Origin: an uncultured virus (IMG/VR IMGVR_UViG_3300021171_000137)
Lineage: Duplodnaviria; Heunggongvirae; Uroviricota; Caudoviricetes
Reading direction: 5' to 3' (one strand)
IMG/VR virus record: IMGVR_UViG_3300021171_000137
DNA length: 64,000 bases
Of this stretch, positions 58,770 to 64,000 are shown in pieces. The position numbers and the translations under genes are program-made. Numbering within the stretch: the stretch's first letter is position 1; the number at the start of each line of letters is the position of its first letter. A model generated the notes under the pieces. The model ran no database searches, had not been told where the DNA came from, and saw nothing but the letters and a program-made list of their open reading frames with translations.

Positions 58770-59350
58770 TGAATGAGCAGATGGTGGACGATGAAGCCGC
58801 GCCGAAGCGCAAGCGCATTCACCCGCTTGCGTGGGTGACGCCCTGTCTTCTCGCGGCCGCGGTGTGCGTCAGCACGGGCTCGGTGATCACTTCGCGCTAC
58901 GACAAAGCGGCCGCAATCAAGCTGGCAGAACAGGTCGCAAAAGACCGGAAACAGGATCGCGAAGACGCGGGCGCGCGCGAGGCGCACTTGAATGAATTAC
59001 TCCAAACCGAGAGAAAAGAAAATGAGAAAGAGGCCCAGCTTCGCCAGCGCAACCACATGGCTTTTGCTCAGCACGCTGGCCGGGTGCGCAGCGCTCTCGA
59101 AGCCGACCTGTCCCGTAGTCGAACCGACAGCGACGCCTGTACCGTCCGAATTGCTCGAATCTCCGAGGACTACGGAGACGTCGACGACCTACTCCGAGAA
59201 AGTGTCCAACTTCTCGAAGAAGGTAAAGCAGAGGGCGCTCGCCTCGAAGCAGAAAACAAGCGCCTCGCCCGCATCGCCGCCGGCTGGCAGCAGCGCTACG
59301 CCCTCGAGCACGCCGAACGCATCACGGTGACCGCGAAGAAAGGCGGCTAG
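58766..59350 (+). CDS. Second i-spanin-like protein
   Basis: TM followed by long charged coiled coil; contains an embedded lipoprotein ORF. Confidence 0.55.
   Translation: MMNEQMVDDEAAPKRKRIHPLAWVTPCLLAAAVCVSTGSVITSRYDKAAAIKLAEQVAKDRKQDREDAGAREAHLNELLQTERKENEKEAQLRQRNHMAFAQHAGRVRSALEADLSRSRTDSDACTVRIARISEDYGDVDDLLRESVQLLEEGKAEGARLEAENKRLARIAAGWQQRYALEHAERITVTAKKGG
59022..59330 (+). CDS. Embedded o-spanin-like lipoprotein
   Basis: MRKR...WLLLSTLAG-C lipobox, Pro-rich, +1 frame within 58766..59350. Confidence 0.6.
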   Translation: MRKRPSFASATTWLLLSTLAGCAALSKPTCPVVEPTATPVPSELLESPRTTETSTTYSEKVSNFSKKVKQRALASKQKTSASPASPPAGSSATPSSTPNASR

Positions 59351-59533
59351 GACGCGGTCGTTTCAGGCCCAGAAACCAATCCATTAGCCGCTCGAGCAGA
59401 TAACGGCTGCCGTGATATGGCGCCGCTGATGCCAGCGCCACAATGCCCAGAGCCAGCAGGAAAAGCAGCGCGAACGGAAGGCATACCCACCAGTACCACG
59501 GCCGCGCGGGCAAGCTCGCCGGGTAAGCCATCG

Positions 59534-59995
59534 CTATGACGGATTCTGCATAACGTTGATCACCATGAGCGGCTGCACCACGTTGACCGCGATCGCGCGT
59601 TCGGCTCCGCGCTGTAGATTCTCCGTCCATACGGTGCACGTTTCCAAGCCGACCACGAATCCCAATTCTTCGGCCACCATCCAGACGGCGTATTGGTTCG
59701 GCGCCCTGCCCTTGCGGGTGGATGACATCGACATGTGACGGCAGGCGCCGATCGGGTGGCCGTGCTCGATCGAAAAGGTCACAAGGTACGTCATCGGCAG
59801 ATCGATCGTCTGGGCGTCCATCTGAGCCATGTGCGCGCGCTTCCCGTCGGGTGTCTGAATGCGCTCGAACAGGCCCACCACATTGACCGGGTTTTCGGCT
59901 GCTAGGCGTCGCAGCTCGGCTAGGGCCGCCTTCTCGTGCTCGCCGATGATCAGCGCCGATCCGAAGCTCACGGCATCTTCTCCGGGAATGGCCAC
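59534..59995 (-). CDS. Conserved hypothetical protein
   Basis: VTFSIEHGHP...RHMSMS; end of the convergent arm. Confidence 0.6.
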   Translation of the reverse strand: MAIPGEDAVSFGSALIIGEHEKAALAELRRLAAENPVNVVGLFERIQTPDGKRAHMAQMDAQTIDLPMTYLVTFSIEHGHPIGACRHMSMSSTRKGRAPNQYAVWMVAEELGFVVGLETCTVWTENLQRGAERAIAVNVVQPLMVINVMQNPS

Positions 59996-60732
59996 TTGCC
60001 CGCGGCGCGAAGCTCTTCGACGGTCGGATCACCGGGCCGAACAATCCCATCGCGGATCATCTTGTCGCGGACCTCCCGGACCAGTTCGGCGCCGGCTGGC
60101 GTTTCAAGCATCGCTCGATCTTCCTCACGACAGGCCTGTACCCGGATCAGCGGCCGGCTGTCGCCCTGGCATCTATTCCGCGGCAGACGGCGCGCTTCGT
60201 CTACTGCTTCGAGGAATTCCTGAAACAGCGCTTCGCTGTGCTGTTCGTAGCGTTCCGTGATCGCGCGGATCGCCGACTCGAACAGGGCCACCGACTCGGC
60301 GTCTTCGATCAGCTTGGCTTCTTCGGTGGGGGGCTTTCTTCGGCGCATGCGTTTCGCTCCTGAGCGGCCTTCCTGATACGCGCCTGGCCGTGCCGGGCGC
60401 AGTAATTGCCCAATGGCTGATTCTGTAGGCCCATCACGGTGCCAGTCGCGGGAATTGTGCACGCGGGATGACTGCAATTTCCCAGCTGCTTGAACCAGCG
60501 GGCTTCGTCAGGCTCTTTCAAATGATCTGCCCGAACCGCATCGGCGGTGGCCAGCCGTAAGTTTCCGGATCGATGATGTTGATTTTCGCTCCGCAAGGCA
60601 TTTTCACGTTTCGCGACTCACCGCCGCTAGGACCCAGCAACAGCTCGTCAGGCGCCGCCTTTTCGCCGCATATCGGACATTCTCCCCGCTCGAGCCGATC
60701 AAGCTCGGCTTCCGTCATGTCGCGAATCTGTC

Positions 60733-61143
60733 TCATGTCTCGACCTCGCCAGCTCGAGCCCGACGCCGCGGGGGCGGTGTCTTGTCGGGTCCTTCGACCT
60801 CGACGATCACGCGCCAGCGGTCGTTGCGTTCCTGGTCGTAGCTGAACACCAGGCGCGGATCGCCGTCATCGATTTTGAGCCAGTCGGCGATCCCGTCGAC
60901 TACGTTTTTGCAGGCGGCGGGCAGATTGTCGTGACCGTCGAGTCGTGACGGCCCGGTGCGCGTCAGCCGAATCTGAATCGGACCCATCAAGTCCACCGCC
61001 GATAATGGGAAAGGATGCGCTTCGCGCATCCGCAAATACGTTTCGCGACGTTCACGCTTGGCAATCTTTCCTGCGGCTGCCCAATGCACGCGTTCGTTCA
61101 GTTTCGAATGCGTGCGCATTGGGATTACGACTCGGACTTGCAT
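60733..61143 (-). CDS. RusA-like Holliday junction resolvase
   Basis: LDGHDNL..ACKNVVDGIA....IDDG motif. Confidence 0.65.
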   Translation of the reverse strand: MQVRVVIPMRTHSKLNERVHWAAAGKIAKRERRETYLRMREAHPFPLSAVDLMGPIQIRLTRTGPSRLDGHDNLPAACKNVVDGIADWLKIDDGDPRLVFSYDQERNDRWRVIVEVEGPDKTPPPRRRARAGEVET

Positions 61144-62101
61144 GATCCGTCTGCCAACATTCGTAGCATTATTTCTGCCGCGTTTTCGTTAACCAGCTTG
61201 ATGGCGGACTGCATCGATTCGCCGGTCATGAACATACAGCGTAGAACCTCCTGACGAAACAGGATCGGCATCTTTCGGTACTCGGCAAGCGCCTCGTCAG
61301 CGATATCAAGCGCATCGGCTGGAATGTTCATCGTTGCTTCAACTCTAGGATCGAAACCGGGATCAGCCGTCGCACGGCATCGATATGCGAAGTGAGAACG
61401 CTTTCAATCGCGGCGTTGCCCATCAGGAAGTGACCGGCCAGCCATATTGAGAGCAAGTCTGCCAGCACTGCGCCCTGGACTAGGGTCGGCTGACCCGCCA
61501 GCAGCGGCTTGATCCGTTCGACGATTTGCAGCGCCAACGTCGCGTCGGCGCTGGCATCACGGATGGTCCAGTCATCCGGTCCGGAATTCGGATCGATGCT
61601 GATCGGGATCATTTTTCGCCGCCTGCCTTTCAGCCCATTCCCGGGCGTGCTTCGGACACAGATCCTTTTCGGGCGCTGGTATCGATGTGCAACTACCGCA
61701 CAAATGTGCATCGCACGTCCCGCTGCGCCGCGCCGGTACTTTCCAATCGCAGGCGCGCGTGGCGATGTTGCCGCACTCGCAGCGCTGACGGCGCTCGCGA
61801 GTACAGAAGATCCCGCCGAGGGTGCCGGTCCTGAATGGATGGCAAGTCACGCGCGCTCACCCTGACGGGCCCTGAAATGTCGGCTCAACGGCGATGGCTT
61901 TTCGTCCCGGAACGCCCCGAAATGTTCGGCGAGGAATTCCGGCTCGAGCGGGATCCAGTAGAAACTGAGCAGGGTGCGGTAGCCATTGCCATGCTTGTCG
62001 GACAGCGTATATCGGCGCCCGCGCGCGATACTAAACTCGGTTCCTGCCTGATCGCGGAAGGTGTGAGCCTTGATGCATATGGCGGTGCAGATCATCATCT
62101 G

Positions 62102-62656
62102 TCACGCCGTGGCCTCGATAGGCTCACCGATTTCGACCTGTCGGTTGTCATCGGGCGGTTGCAGCGAAATCTCGATATCTTCCTGTACCAGATAACACAA
62201 CTTGCCGCATTGCTGCTCATCGGGCCTGCACTGCACCCGGAACTGCACGTTCACGCTGCCACCGTTCATCAATTCGAAGTGGAATCTATCGGCAGATCGA
62301 ACATCCAGATGCATCGCCGATCGCTCGCTCACGCCGTGATGAACGTAGAGCATGCCGCCGACTATCTCCAGTTCCCAGTCGATCGGGGCCATATTCGGAA
62401 AGCGCAGTTCAGGCAGCCATCCGGGCTCCAGCTCCAACTGGTCGCGACGATCTGGTTTGCGGTACAGGCTCGATTTAAGCGCCGGGTCGAACTCGCTCAG
62501 AAGATCGTTGGCTGTCAGGAACGAGAACTTCAGATCGGCCACGAGCACCTTTTCGTCGCCATGCACTTCTTTGCGTACATTGAAGTGGACTAGCTTCGCC
62601 TTTTGATGAACAAGAGTCAGCATGACGGTTCCCCTTTCACCAACTGGATAGTGCAT
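62102..62656 (-). CDS. Conserved phage hypothetical protein
   Basis: NVRKEVHGDE...DLK...LSEFDPALKSSLY; true start probably ~62623. Confidence 0.6.
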   Translation of the reverse strand: MHYPVGERGTVMLTLVHQKAKLVHFNVRKEVHGDEKVLVADLKFSFLTANDLLSEFDPALKSSLYRKPDRRDQLELEPGWLPELRFPNMAPIDWELEIVGGMLYVHHGVSERSAMHLDVRSADRFHFELMNGGSVNVQFRVQCRPDEQQCGKLCYLVQEDIEISLQPPDDNRQVEIGEPIEATA

Positions 62657-62936
62657 CCATGCGCTCGAACACGTGGCCTATCGCGTCACCATTTTCGAGC
62701 TGGTACGTGCCCACGTAGCGAATGTGCCCGACGTCCTCTGCTAGCACACGCGCGCCGGTGTGCAAAGTGACCAGGACACGCCTTTCCACTTCGATGTAGG
62801 GCGGTTCCTCACCGATCACCCAGATGCAAGGCCGGTCGCGGTGCACCTGTATGCACAGGATTTTCGCGCCCACCGGCAACATCAAGACTTGACGCGGGTC
62901 CCGCTCGATCGGCCATTTGATGATGATCGTGGCCAC
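62637..62936 (-). CDS. Conserved phage hypothetical protein
   Basis: LPVGAKIL..Q.....IW...TG...YVGT...HVFE. Confidence 0.65.
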   Translation of the reverse strand: MATIIIKWPIERDPRQVLMLPVGAKILCIQVHRDRPCIWVIGEEPPYIEVERRVLVTLHTGARVLAEDVGHIRYVGTYQLENGDAIGHVFERMDALSSW

Positions 62937-64000
62937 GGGTCAGTCCAGATTCGGCACTGTGGCCGCTGCGGAGCCGGCCACCTGGCTTGCTGATGCGTCG
63001 CCAACGGGCGCCGCCTTCGCAGTCTCGCGTGCTTTAGCCTCGTCCCTAGCAGCGCAGAGAATGCGGATTACCAGTTTTGCAATCTCGCGCATTTCCAGGT
63101 CGTACTGCTCGCGCCGCTCGGCGTCGAATAGTTGCTGGATGAAAGAGCGATCGCCCATGTTGAACAGCGTCACCATATCCGCCAGCAACGCGAACGGGAT
63201 AGCCGCGATGCGCCGCAGTCTCATGCGCGGCCTTCCATCGCAGCATCGATCGCCTTGTCCATTTCCGAATCTGGGGCCATCACGTCGTCGTTCCACTCTG
63301 CGAACAGATCGACTTTTCTCCCAAAGCGGGTCGTGTACTTACCACCGGTTCTGCGCAGCCAGCGGTACCGCATGGCGTCCTGCTCTACCGCCTCTGGTTT
63401 TTGCAATGTCAAGACATCGTAGCCGTCCAGATACACACTGAGCCGACGATTTTTAACGACCGCTGCCAAATGCCGGCGCACTTCGCCCTCACTCCAATCC
63501 TCCAGCGTGTAATTCGCGACCCGCGCCGCGGCAAAAGCGAGGGTGATGAGCTTGATGAATGCCGATAGCCCGACTCGCGTTTCACTGTTCGCTATACCGT
63601 CAGAATGCCCAATCATCTGAATGTCGGCCTGCGCCAGCATCAGCAGAGCTTCTTCTCGCGTTACTTCCGGGATCAGAGGGGTGATTGTCATTTGGCAAAG
63701 TCCCGCACGAGCACGGCCGCGGAAGGCTGCCCGTTCGCATCCAGCCACGCTGCAACTTGCTCGAGCGTGTCGGTATGGACCTTGTGCGCGTGCCCGTAGG
63801 TGAACGTGATTTGGGTCAGAGCTTCGCAGTTCGGGCAGTGCATCGTCGCGCCGGCGGGCTTGCCGCGACGCTCTTCGATCATTTGCTTGATCGTTCTTGC
63901 AGAATTCAGAGCGCCAACGTCGTAGGCCATCTGCATAACGTTTTCGAACCATTCGAAAATCGTCACGATGCCGGCCGGCATCGCGTGCGTCTGGCGGAAA

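Noticed and set aside
1..64000. CRISPR array, IS/transposase, integrase, rRNA
   Set aside because: No repeat-spacer array or recognisable motifs for these were found by eye.

Overview
This window is most of a GC-rich, contractile-tailed (myovirus-like) proteobacterial phage genome, probably from a beta-proteobacterial host. Layout: divergent operons of small early genes (1-15 kb) with a ParA + ribbon-helix-helix partition cassette; a DUF1376/YdaU-type replication gene containing iterons; a XerC/D dif-like site (18531-18558); a late operon (appendage genes, terminase, DUF1073 portal, MuF-like protein, DUF2213 protease/scaffold, DUF2184 capsid, neck, DUF3383 sheath, tube, chaperone, tape measure, baseplate, fibre); lysis genes; then a convergent minus-strand arm. 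No integrase is seen, so partition genes plus dif suggest a phage-plasmid. The most striking feature is a candidate payload system in the head genes. The portal carries a C-terminal DdrB/ParB-like domain, and the prohead protease carries N-terminal NUDIX and zeta-toxin-like kinase domains. These modules are bounded by recurring A-x-D motifs (putative maturation-protease sites). A small acidic gene is overprinted out of frame in the linker just after the kinase and is a candidate antitoxin. Also notable: two D-arm-less tRNA-like elements with the same fold, a baseplate protein split by a ~950-aa LamG/SPRY insertion, 12-bp-periodic repeats over four early promoters, and two spanin pairs. All family names come from motif recognition by eye, not database searches.
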